Positions 45,160-57,105 of a stretch of 64,000 bases of DNA are shown here, one piece after another (position 1 is the stretch's first letter; each line of letters opens with the position of its first letter). This DNA comes from Macrostomum hystrix (lineage: Eukaryota > Animalia > Platyhelminthes). Location: contig CATNEN010000030.1 of assembly GCA_950097015.1 (NCBI GenBank), positions 1,054,001-1,118,000 of the forward strand, read 5' to 3'. The position numbers were made by a program, and so were the translations under genes. The notes beneath the pieces are model-generated. The model saw only the letters and a list, made by a program, of their open reading frames with translations, was not told the origin of the DNA and made no database searches.

Positions 45160-46575
45160 CTGAGTGAAACAGTGAGTGAAAGAGTGAGTGAAACAGTGAG
45201 TGAAAGAGTGAGTGAAACAGTGAGTGAAGGAGTGAGTGAAACAGTGAGTGAAGGAGTGAGTGAAACAGTGAGTGAAGGTGTGAGTGAAACAGTGAGTGAA
45301 GGAGTGAGTGAAACAGTGAGTGAAGGAGTGAGTGAAACAGTGAGTGAAGGAGTGAGTGAAACAGTGAGTGAAGGAGTGAGTGAAGCAGTGAGTGAAGGAG
45401 TGAGTGAAACAGTCAGTGAAACAGTGAGTGAAGGAGTGAGTGAAACAGTGAGTGAAGGAGTGAGTGAAACAGTGAGTTAAGGAGTGAGTGAAACAGTGAG
45501 TGAAGGAGTGAGTGAAACAGTGAGTGAAGGAGTGAGTGAAACAGTGAGTTAAGGAGTGAGTGAAACAGTGAGCGAAGGAGTAAGTAAAACAGTGAGTAAA
45601 GGAGTGAGTGAAACAGTGAGTGAAGGTGTGAGTGGAACAGTGAGTGAAGGAGTGAGTGAAGGAGTGAGTGAAACAGTGAGTGAAGGAGTGAGTGAAACAG
45701 TGAGTGAAGGAGTGAGTGAAACAGTGAGTGAAGGAGTGAGTGAAACAGTGAGTGAAGGAGTGAGTGAAACAGTGAGCGAAGGAGTGAGTGAAACAGTGAG
45801 TGAAGGAGTGAGTGAAACAGTGAGTGAAGGAGTGAGTGAAACAGTGAGTGAAGGAGTGAGTGAAACAGTGAGTGAAGGAGTGAGTGAAGGAGTGAGTGAA
45901 ACAGTGAGTGAAGGAGTGAGTGAAACAGTGAGTGAAGGAGTGAGTGAAACAGTGAGTGAAGGAGTGAGTAAAACAGTGAGTGAAGGAGTGAGTGAAACAG
46001 TGAGCGAAGGAGTGAGTGAAACAGTGAGTGAAGGAGTGAGTGAAACAGTGAGTGAAGGAGTGAGTGAAACAGTGAGTGAAGGAGTGAGTGAAGCAGTGAG
46101 TGAAGGAGTGAGTGAAACAGTGAGTGAAGGAGTGAGTGAAACAGTGAGTGAAGGAGTGAGTGAAACAGTGAGTAAAGGAGTGAGTGAAACAGTGAGTGAA
46201 GGAGTGAGTGAAACAGTGAGCGAAGAAGTGAGTGAAACAGTGAGTGAAGGAGTGAGTGAAACAGTGAGTGAAGGAGTGAGTGAAACAGTCAGTAAAGGAG
46301 TGAGTGAAACAGTGAGTGAAGGAGTGAGTGAAACAGTGAGTGAAGGAGTGAGTGAAACAGTGAGTGAAGGAGTGAGTGAAACAGTGAGTGAAGGAGTGAG
46401 TGAAACAGTGAGTTAAGGAGTGAGTGAAACAGTGATTGAAGCAGTGAGTGAAACAGTGAGCGAAGCAGTGAGTGAAACAGTGAGTGAAGGAGTGAGTGAA
46501 ACAGTGAGTGAAGCAGTGAGTGAAACAGTGAGTGAAGGAGTGAGTGAAGGAGTGAGTGAAACAGTGAGTGAAGAA
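45160..46575. repeat. 24-bp minisatellite (AGTGAGTGAAGGAGTGAGTGAAAC) of 12-bp subunits
   Basis: About 58 copies; explains the SETVSEGV and FTHCFTHS ORFs. Confidence 0.97.
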
Positions 46576-47280
46576 GTAATCGAATGAGCGAGTGAATGGC
46601 ACAATACTGACGATCAAACGGGGCTAACAGATGACTACAAAGGCAGTCCTAAGCAAGTCATTTTCGATAGCAGTGTTTTTGTACTAGCACACAATGAAGC
46701 TACAATTTTTGCAACAGATTCTCAACACCCAGCGGGACTGACGTAACCTCGCTTTTACAACTGTAAATATTTTGGCTAATTCAATAATTCAATAGAAAAT
46801 GAATGCAGTCCGCTTGCCGCAATGCACAATGACTCGAGTTAGAATTGAAAAAGTCAGAACACTAGCCGAGTGATATAATGCGTTGAGCACGCAACTAGAT
46901 TCAATTGGGCAGTTGGAAACGTAGGCACCATACGGTGGGGAAGCGACCAACAAAGAGGATTGCTGAACTGGGACGGGGAAGAATTTGGGAGAACAGCCTG
47001 TGCGCTCAACAATGAGGAGCAGCTTAACAGACAATAAAAGCCTCGAAAAGGACTCGGGCCTCCCAAACTGTCTAATGATTATATTCCGACTAAACAGACT
47101 AGATTGAGACCAGAAAGATCAGAGGACTTTGAATAGCTGCGGATTTACTGTGGATTGCAGTCGGTTGGGAGAAGAATGTAAAAATCGTATTAGGTAAGTG
47201 GAGTTTAGCACCTAAAAAAATTGGGCCAGATAAAGGGGAGGGGCAGAGAAGGATTGCTCTTATAACTGCGGTATATGGCG

Positions 47281-47312
<32 letters not shown>

Positions 47313-47584
47313 TCCACAAATTCATACAGTCCGGTTCGCGTGATTCACAGGCCCACATGCATTTGACATATGCTCCTTCTCTCTCTCTTTCTCTCTCTCT
47401 CTCTTCCACATTCCCCTATCCCAGTGCTGCAACAGGTGTAGCTTCAAGCCAAAGCTATAGACATGAGGATACAGTTCAACAACACATGTGCAACTATCTT
47501 ATAGGCTATATAGGGTGACCGCCTAGACAGAATAAAAGAGAAGGAAAAAATTGTTCTGCTAGAAAATATTATTAAAAAAGTGAA

Positions 47585-48028
47585 GCGTTTCGGAGTTGAG
47601 CAGCTTGGTTGAAAGAGTGTGGTGTCGGAGTTGAGCAGCTTCAGTCGGATGAAAGCGTGTGGCTGCGGAGTTGAGCAGCTTCGGTCGGATGAAAGAGTGT
47701 GGCTTCGGAGTTGAGCAGCTTCGGTCGGATGAAAGCGTGTGGCTTCGGAGTTGAGCAGCTTCGGTCGGATGAAAGAGTGTGGCTGCGGAGTTGAGCAGCT
47801 TCGGTCGGATGAAAGAGTGTGGCTTCGGAGTTGAGCAGCTTCGGTCGGATGAAAGCGTGTGGCTGCGGAGTTGAGCAGCTTCGGTCGGATGAAAGCGTGT
47901 GGCTGCGGAGTTGAGCAGCTTCGGTCGGATGAAAGCGTGTGGCTGCGGAGTTGAGCAGCTTCGGTCGGATGAAAGCGTGTGGCTGCGGAGTTGAGCAGCT
48001 TCGGTCGGATGAAAGAGTGTGGCTTCGT
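47585..48028. repeat. 40-bp minisatellite (GGAGTTGAGCAGCTTCGGTCGGATGAAAGCGTGTGGCTGC)
   Basis: About 11 direct copies. Confidence 0.95.
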
Positions 48029-48654
48029 GGCTTAGGAAGTTTCTATCATGTGAAAGCAGCCCAATAAACAACTTTACCAATATAGTTAAATTATATGATT
48101 GTTATTGCAGAGTCTAAAGTGTCCAGATTTTGCTTAATTCAATTGGTAACTTTTCTTACGCCAGCGGCCCGAGTTTAAAATTACTAAAAAATCAGCTCAA
48201 CACAAACACAGCCCCGTTTGGAAAGCATACGTTGCAGCCAGTCCCTTGTTCTTCAACAGCACCAGCAATATATTCTTTGAGCTGCACTGGCAAGATCAGG
48301 CCTGTCAATCAACTGGCCGCGCGTGCATGTGGCCAGCGCAGGTGGTCAGTGTGCTGAGAACTAAATTAGCAGCAAAGTCTTATCTGTGAAATGTGTCTGA
48401 GGTCTGTCTGCGCCCTAGCCTACAAATTGGGGTTGGCTAACACACACACATGCGCATAGAATCCTCTATGCCTATCTCACTTCAGTTAGTCCAGTACATT
48501 AAAAAAACCTATTTGAATTTGAAAAGGCGTTGAAGGGTGGAGAACAGAACGGATAAAAAAGCCATGGCACTATAACAGAGGCTCCGCAAGCTCATGTGCC
48601 AAGCGTGAGAAGGATAGAATTAAAGAAAAGACAACAGCGGTGCCAGAGCTAACA

Positions 48655-49760
48655 GAGTTGAGATGACAAATAACGGAAGATGAGACAGCTGAGAAATGAG
48701 ACAGGGGAGAGATGAGACAGGGAAAGATGAGACAAGATAAAGAAGAGACAGTGTAAAGATGAGACAGGGGAGAGATGAGACAGGGGAGAGATGAGACAGG
48801 GGAGAGATGAGACAGCTGAGAAATGAGACAGGGGACAGATGAGACAGCTGAGAAATGAGACAGGGGACAGATGAGACAGTTGAGAAATGAGACAGGGGAG
48901 AGATGAGACAGTTGAGAAATGAGACAGGGGAGAGATGAGACAGTTGAGAAATGAGACAGGGGAGAGATGAGACAGTTGAGAAATGAGACAGGGGACAGAT
49001 GAGACAGCTGAGAAATGAGACAAGGAAAGATGAGACAAGATAAAGAAGAGACAGTGTAAAGATGAGACAGGGAAAGATGAGACAAGATAAAGAAGAGACA
49101 GTGTAAAGATGAGACAGGGGAGAGATGAGACAGGGGAGAGATGAGACAGGGGAGAGATGAGACAGGGGAGAGATGAGACAGGGGAGAGATGAGACAGGGG
49201 AGAGATGAGACAGGGGAGAGATGAGACAGGGGAGAGATGAGACAGGGGAGAGATGAGACAGGGGAGAGATGAGACAGGGGAGAGATGAGACAGGGGAGAG
49301 ATGAGACAGGGGAGAGATGAGACAGGGGAGAGATGAGACAGGGGAGAGATGAGACAGGGGAGAGATGAGACAGCTGAGAAATGAGACAGGGGAGAAATGA
49401 GACAGGGGAGAGATGAGACAGGGGAGAGATGAGACAGGGGAGAGATGAGACAGGGGAGAGATGAGACAGGGGAGAGATGAGACAGCTGAGAAATGAGACA
49501 GGGGAGAGATGAGACAGGGAAAGATGAGACAAGATAAAGAAGAGACAGTGTAAAGATGAGACAGGGGAGAGATGAGACAGGGGAGAGATGAGACAGGGGA
49601 GAGATGAGACACGGGAGAGATGAGACAGGGAGAAATGAGTCAGGGGAGAGATGAGACAGGGGAGAGATGAGACAGGGGAGAGATGAGACAAGGGAGAGAT
49701 GAGACAAGGGAGAGATGAGACAAGGGAGAGATAAGACAAGGGAGAGATGAGGCGAGATAG
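48655..49760. repeat. GA-rich 16-bp minisatellite (GAGACAGGGGAGAGAT family) with interspersed variant blocks
   Basis: Tandem copies plus recurring GAGACAAGATAAAGAAGAGACAGTGTAAAGAT inserts. Confidence 0.93.
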
Positions 49761-51034
49761 ATTAAAAAGAGGAGCGATGCAGTAGGGTCAAAGGACGGGA
49801 TATCATTGTGCCGTTCTCCTCATTCGACCATTAGTAAATGGTGAATGAAGGAATGTGCTTTTTAACATAAAATAATGTTTTACTGAACATATTTAGCTGC
49901 CAAAAATGAATAGTTCAGTTGACTGCTTTGGCAGCCAATGAGTCAACTTCAATCATCTGTCTCTAGCGCTCTCCTAACCACATTTTTCGACTTTTAACTA
50001 ACTTCAGTTGGTGGACTAACCCAGTCTATTGAAGCTATCGGGTTTTGTCTCCTGTCCACTTGAGTAGATTGTCGAGTTGAGTTTGTGGCAGTGTGCACAG
50101 GCCAGATCTGTCCCATACGGAACACAGAGAGAAAGTGTTAACATTGTCATGAAAACAGATGGAATGGGAATAGGGAGTAGAGGCTCGCACATATGTGCCA
50201 ATTATGAAACGGTCGTATAATATATTAGATACATAATGCATACTATGACTGTGCAAGTGCCGACGCAGAGGGAGGGCGATGCAATGTTCCGTTGGGTCTA
50301 AACGGCAAACGAGTTGAAGGAAGAAAAAGAAAAAATTCTCGCTACCCCTCCTTTCTCCATGGTAAAAAAAGACCTCGGCCCCAAATTGATTTTTAATTAT
50401 TTTCATGTTTCCCAGTTCATTCCATAAGCTCCCGCTTCCTGAGGGGTTGGCCTACAAAAGCCGAATGGTGCTTGATAACAGGGCCTGATTAACTGGCCGG
50501 CCATGGGTGGGTACTGGCGGCGGAGAAAGCCAGAGCTGGAACAACTGACACAGTCAGCTGACACCTTCGGAACAGAGAGAAAAGACTTGGAAGAGAATAC
50601 ATATACCATATATATATTATAGGCGGACAGTTGCGCCCGAAATCCCACCCGTTGGTTTGAGGATTAGTTAAGCCGCTAACCTTACATTGTGCACTTACAT
50701 CTAAACCGCACCTGGGACTGAAAGGAAAATAGTTAGTGAGTGAGTGAGTGAGGCAGAGCCAGAGAAAAAAGATTGGGACAAAAAAGTGAGGACCGGCGAG
50801 GGGGGGGGACCGCATGGCATGCATTTTTTCATATGGCAACCCATTTTCACCCTCACTGAGGGCAGTTGCTGTGCGAAACCATAATGCTGTGTGTAACACA
50901 CGCGTCACTAATATAGCTTTGTCTCCATAAGTTTAATAAAATATTTGATGAGACTATTGTGTACTGCCTACATCTGTTCAGTCCATGGACATTGGGGAGC
51001 TGAATTTCTAAACCATACATCTCAAAATAAGAAC

Positions 51035-51195
51035 ATAATAATAACTGCAGGAGGGCAGTGGCCTTTGGTACATCATTTGGTGACACTAGACTAGCAGGAG
51101 GCAATTCTGCCCATTTCGCTGACTCCTGAGCACACGCTCACACAGTCTACCCTGACTTTCTCATCGTTAGGCAGTGTACACTCACGGTGCCTCGG
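51035..51195 (-). mobile_element. SINE family 1, 3' half
   Basis: Reverse complement of the family-1 tail (TAATAATAACTGCAGGAGGGC...TTTGGTGACACTAG...GCAATTCTGCCCATT...GACTTTCTCATCG). Confidence 0.82.
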
Positions 51196-51701
51196 TAAGG
51201 TAAATTGGGTAATTTTCTAAATTAGGGTATTAGCTAGATTCATAATTTCTGCTTATGCTCCTGAATGCTTCTGAATTAAAAAACTGAAATAAAACACAAA
51301 TTATTTATCATCGACTGGGACAGATTCGAACTTCAGACCTCTAGGTTAGAAGTACAAAGCTAGATATACTAGGCATTCCTGATAAAAGAAAGAAGACTAC
51401 AGCTTAAGCAATGCATGCAGGTAACAAAATGCATGACCCAACGCTTCCCTTGTACAGTACAAGCCAGTTTAGCATGCATAATTAGACAGATAGTTGCAAT
51501 TCAGACTCACGTGTGCAAATCCTGCATTAGACTATTAGTAGTTGAAGACACCAGATTAACCTGCGTTATATTTTTGCGTTCTAGGATTGATCGGCAAATT
51601 GCTCTGCCAGCATCTCCGCCTGAACGGCTTGGCAAATCTGTTAATGATTCAGTTTTTGGCGACTGTGATGTCTTATCGGCCTCTTCTTCATCGCCGCCGC
51701 C

Positions 51702-51739
<38 letters not shown>

Positions 51740-53121
51740 CACAAAGTTCTCCCGAGTTTTGCATAGCGTAACAAAAATAAGTATGGAGGGCTTTCGATAA
51801 TTTTTTAAGGCAGTGATTGATTTAGAAACAGAGATCAATTATAGCAAAATCTAAATGTGTACACAATCATAAACGTTTATAATTCGAAAAAAGTTAATAA
51901 CTGTATAAGGCAATAATGGCTTTGGATTTGTGATGTCAAAAAGTAGGACAGTAGAAAAAACAAGCAAATAAAAAGGCTGTTGATTATAAAACAAGTAAAA
52001 AATGATTTCGTAAGGCAATTTGGTGCTATAATAAGGCAATAAATAGACCAATGGCCAGCACGCTTCTAGCAGCAATAAAAAATAAAGAGCGGGTGCTGCA
52101 ACAAGTTTGGACAAGACAAGGCTGGGTGTTAAAAATCAATCAACCATCTACGTACATTAGACAAGTATATACACCAAAATATCGTGAGCCTGCATCAATT
52201 GATGGAAACAAGAATGGCATGCTTTTGTTAAACGATGACAAACTATCAGCACTTATTTGAATTTCAATTTCAAAGAATATTTTCTTAACAAAAAACGGGG
52301 AGAAACTGGCTTGGATGTTGTAAAATCGATCAAGGCATTTTAGAACGTGTTCAGATCGCCAGATATTTTTAATAAGCTGCAATTTGTTATAAAAAATGCT
52401 TTTGTATTTTATTATATATTTCATTATACACTAGTAGAAATAATTCAAAATTTATAATATTTTCATAAAGCCAAAGTGTTTCTCTACTATTAATACGATT
52501 CTATTGCATAGCTATCAATCAATCAATCGACTTCTTTAACTGACATTCGACCAGCCATTCACTTGAAAGATTAATACCTTAACTTGAACAAAAAATCCTT
52601 TGACAAAAATGGTTGGCCTCAGGAAATGCAGAATAGCAAAGAACTGGTCAGTCAGGTTTCACACAGACCGGAAGCCGTCAATTCACAACATAAAAATCGG
52701 AACAGAGCGCCAAAGGGGCTGCAGTGTGGACACTAAAATCCCATTTTGTGCCCTTTGCTATCCTGACACTGGCCAGTGCAATCCGTTGCCATTCAATTGA
52801 GCACACATAAATGAGTTGGACTGGAATCGGTTGAAAACTGCTTCAGCCCTTCAACAATGGCATAGAATTTGAATAACTAGAAACGGAAACAGCCAGCGAC
52901 TTTTTGGTGCAGGGGCGGATTTTAAGAGCGCGATGAAAAGAGTATAGATCAGGAACGGAAACGCAGTTTTCTAAAAGGTGTCGAGAAGAGAACACCCCCT
53001 ACTGCCTTACTCATTTCCTTTACTGCTCAGATTATTACACTGATTTGTAAATAAAAAAATTTGAACAAATTAACCAATTTTGAAGCGGAATTCGAATACC
53101 ACCTTGACGACTGGTGTGACG

Positions 53122-53159
<38 letters not shown>

Positions 53160-53454
53160 TCGGCGCTGGCGGGAGCAAGGTTTGACGGGAAGCAACAGCA
53201 GAAAATCTAGAAGATGGACACTTACCAAAGAAGCTCAGCTTAGTATGCTGATCAGCTGTTGTCGACTTACTAATTGGAAAATCTAACTGAACAGATGAAG
53301 CGTCTAGAGAAGCTGCCAGTGTGACAGGCAATGAAGGCCGGTTAGCAACCTCGAAGAAAGCTTTTAAATGGACAGGTGTTAAAGAGCGCCGATTCGCACC
53401 ATATGCCATTTCGGAGGGGGGATGGAGGTGTATGAGAGCGGAGTGAGGAGGTTC

Positions 53455-53665
53455 GTGGCTGCCAATGCCAACTGTGAAGGTGGAAGCGCCGATTCCATTG
53501 GCCGGGGTCCGTCATTTGTCAATTTTTTTGGGAGGCCACGGCGCGCCTCGGGTGGCGCTCGATTGGAAGTGGCGGAGGAGGCGCACAGGGAGGTCCGGCT
53601 GCGCGGATTGGCCAGCATCGGCCTAGACGGGCGGCGGGCGGCGATGGACGGCACAGCCAATGGCG
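53455..53665. promoter_or_regulatory. CCAAT-box and GC-box cluster (promoter-like)
   Basis: CCAAT/ATTGG at 53462, 53497, 53562, 53607 and 53657; GGGCGG at 53629 and 53636. Confidence 0.55.
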
Positions 53666-53807
53666 AAGATATTATCAAGCCATGGAATTCGTTTCAGAGA
53701 CTAGCGGGAGGTGTGAGAGAGAAACACCCAGAAGAGTTCCACTTTGAGAGTGAAGAAAGGTGAAATATGAAAACTAATGCGCGAAAATTTGTTCTAACTG
53801 GCTGATT

Positions 53808-54037
53808 AATAATACCGCGGGCACTGGTATACACCATTTGGTGACACTAGACCCGCAGCCAGCAAGGAGTCAATTCTGCCCATTCCGCTGACTCCCGAAC
53901 ACACACTCAAACAGGTGTGTACATCTTCTCTGACTTTCTCATCGTTGCCTTAGAGCTTGGGGCTGCGCCCCAAATTAATGTAACCTTCGCCGCGGAATCG
54001 AGCTCAGATATCTTGGGTGCGAGAGGCAAATGCGTTT
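53808..54037 (-). mobile_element. SINE family 1 copy with internal deletion, head abutting the 30-bp array
   Basis: Reverse complement matches the family-1 body and tail (CATTTGGTGACACTAGAC, AATTCTGCCCATTCCGCTGACTCC, GGAATCGAGCTC, GCGAGAGGCAAATGCG). Confidence 0.8.
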
Positions 54038-54039
54038 GT

Positions 54040-55250
54040 GGGGGTGAGGTTTAGGTTTAGGTTTTGCGGGGGTGAATGGTTCAGGCTTGGGTTTTGCGGG
54101 GGTGAATGGTTCAGGCTTGGGTTTTGCGGGGTGAATGGTTCAGGCTTGAGTTTTGCGGGGTGAATGGTTCAGGCTTGGGTTTTGCGGGGTGAATGGTTCA
54201 GGCTTGGGTTTTGCGGGGTGAATGGTTCAGGCTTGAGTTTTGCGGGGGTGAATGGTTCAGTGTTTGGGTTTTGCGGGGTGAATGGTTCAGGCTTGAGTTT
54301 TGCGGGGTGAATGGTTCAGGCTTGGGTTTTGCGGGGTGAATGGTTCAGGCTTGGGTTTTGCGGGGGTGAATGGTTCAGGCTTGGGTTTTGCGGGGTGAAT
54401 GATTCAGGCTTGAGTTTTGCGGGGGTGAATGGTTCATGCTTGAGTTTTGCGGGGGTGAATGGTTCAGGCTTGAGTTTTGCGGGGGTGAATGGTTCAGGCT
54501 TGAGTTTTGCGGGGTTGAATGGTTCAGGCTTGAGTTTTGCGGGGATGAATGGTTCAGGCTTGAGTTTTGCGGGGGTGAATGGTTCAGGCTTGAGTTTTGC
54601 GGGGGTGAATGGTTCAGGCTTGAGTTTTGCGGGGGTGAACGGTTCAGGCTTGAGTTTTGCGGGGGTGAATGGTTCAGGCTTGAGTTTTGCGGGGGTGAAT
54701 GGTTCAGGCTTGAGTTTTGTGGGGTGAATGGTTCAGGCTTGAGTTTTGCGGGGGTGAATGGTTCAGGCTTGGATTTTGTGGGTGAATGGTTCAGGCTTGG
54801 ATTTTGTGGGTGAATGGTTCAGGCTTGGGTTCTGCGGGGTGAATGGTTCAGGCTTGGGTTCTGCGGGGTGAATGGTTCAGGCTTGGGTTCTGCGGGGTGA
54901 ATGGTTCAGGCTTGGATTTTGTGGGTGAATGGTTCAGGCTTGGGTTCTGCGGGGTGAATGGTTCAGGCTTGGGTTTTGCGGGGTTTTGCGGGGTGAATGG
55001 TTCTGGCTTGGGTTTTGCGGGGTTTTGCGGGGTGAATGGTTCTGGCTTGGGTTTTGCTGGGGTGAATGGTTCAGGCTTGATTTTTGTGGGGTGAATGGTT
55101 CAGGCTTGAGTTTTGCGGGGGTGAATGGTTCAGGCTTGAGTTTTGTGGGGTGAATGGTTCAGGCTTGGGTTTTGCGGGGTTTTGCGGGGTGAATGGTTCA
55201 GGCTTGGGTTTTGCGGGGTTTTGCGGGGTGAATGGTTCAGGGTTTGGGTG
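54040..55250. repeat. 29-30-bp minisatellite (GGGGGTGAATGGTTCAGGCTTGAGTTTTGC)
   Basis: About 40 copies with length variants. Confidence 0.96.
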
Positions 55251-56931
55251 GGGAATCAAAAGTACACACTCCTAGAACAGCTATAGATTGTCGCCAAGGC
55301 AGATGAGAATAGAAATGCTGATCAGCAACCATTTGCAATGTAGAGCCGATGCCGCAAACAAGTTAGCCGCTCAATTCGGAGATCCCAAGAGTTTAGCATT
55401 TCAAAGATATAGTTTTGAGTCCGGAATAGAAGAAGTTTGGCATAAACAGATCCGACTAAGATTCAGCATCAGAATTAGCGTAATTCAATACAAACACAAC
55501 ACCAGAAAGTATTCTCAGATATAGTCTGCTTGCTAGTGTAAGTGAATGCTGTAATGAGCATGAGCACACTGCTGCCGGACAGTGATTTCGCCAGAGAAAA
55601 AAATCACTCCACACCTCCCTTGCCTTCTATAAGCCTACGGCTCAATTCTAACCCACTTTGGCCTGCTCCGCCCCCCTTCCACAGCCAAGCGCCAAAAATC
55701 CTCCCCGATCCACTACAAGCTGTCAATCTCCGGAGCGCAATGGGAGAGAGGCGTTAACATAGCGCCCGTTCCCCTCCTAATTGGGCATGCTCAGGGCCCC
55801 AAGGTTAGAAGGCCAGGCCTAACTAACTAATCGCTGAGCTTATTCTAAGCGCCTTGCTCTCATCCGCAATCTTTTGCTCCCCTCTACCACAATACCTACC
55901 CCCAGTCCATAGACCATGGGAGAAAGTCATCCGAAAGACACACACCAGGCCTCACAAAATTTATCTAGACCGACCTAAATAATTATTGCTCACATATTAG
56001 ACTACTATTAGTAGAATAGCACGCTGGTTATTTCTAAGATAGTTTATTTGCTAAAATTGTAATAATTACGTTTTGATTATCGAAGTCACTAATGTGGGGA
56101 TTATTTGCCATTTATAAAATATCGGCAGATTTTTGTTGCTAATCTTAAAAAAAACAAGTCGAACTACCTTTACAGAATGTCTTCATATTCATATGCCATT
56201 AAAATGGGCTTACAAAAATACTAGAATACTATTGACTTGTTTTGATTTGCTCACTCAGTTAATATTCATGGGTATCTATATTGTAATGGCTGTCTTGATT
56301 CATTGTAAATCAAATAGTCAAAACATGTACCAGCCCATGAATAGTGCTCTAGCACGAAAAACCAAATAATAGCCTAAGTGTAAATTAATAATTACACATA
56401 ATAGATAATTGTTATAATTAACTATTATTGTACCACAAAAGAAAATAATATTGGCTACAAATTTTTTGGCAATCAAAATCAACAAGGCTATTTGCTATCT
56501 AACTATTTGATAAGTTGGTCATGTGACTTAAGTTTCAATAAATAACTTATTATATTATTTTAAAATACTATTTGCTATTTTTTCATTCTGTAGCTAGAGT
56601 GATTCCTTTTCCAGAAGTACTACTTAGTTCCTATAAATTATATTGGGTTTATATGAAGCATTTATAAAAACTTCTAAACTAAATTTGATATATTAATATA
56701 CTGCAGATACTTTACTTTATACTTGTATTTTTTTATTTAAACAATACAAGAAGTGCTAAACTTAAAAGTTTTTACTTACATTTAATATTATCGTCCTCAA
56801 CAAAATATATATAAACAATTAAAAATACTAATCAGGCCTATATAATACAGCCAATCAAGTACTCCCCTATAAAGCTATTGATAGGAAGCTAGAAACCTGA
56901 CTTGTATGCTACATTGGTCAGTAGAATAAAA

Positions 56932-57105
56932 CAGGGGTGTAGCCAGGGTTTTCTTGGGGATATTGGTTTTGGTTCTATCCAGCGTATCCAGAATAAAAAA
57001 CAATGAATTCATTTCTTTTGAAGAAACAGAATGCGAAAAAATAGAAATGTCTCAAATTTTCGGGGTATAGGCTGATGCACCAATACCCCCCTCGCTACGC
57101 CACTG
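56932..57105. mobile_element. 174-bp hAT-type MITE
   Basis: Left end CAGGGGTGTAGC and right end GCTACGCCACTG (10/12 inverted match, with subterminal GGGGATATTGG/CCAATACCCCCC); flanks GAATAAAA (56924-56931) and CAATAAAA (57106-57113) form a 7/8 TSD. Confidence 0.75.

Noticed and set aside
45067-46617. 516-aa FTHC/FTHS ORF and 286-aa SETVSEGV mucin-like ORF
   Set aside because: Both strands are open only because of a 24-bp repeat; no splice or signal context.
48570-49739. LSHLSPVSSLPCLISP-type ORFs (also 5428-6045, 14426-15379, 25141-25917)
   Set aside because: Translations of the dispersed 16-bp minisatellite.
53422-53763. 113-aa plus-strand ORF and 99-aa minus-strand ORF
   Set aside because: No recognisable domain; openness is explained by a GC-rich CCAAT/GC-box island.
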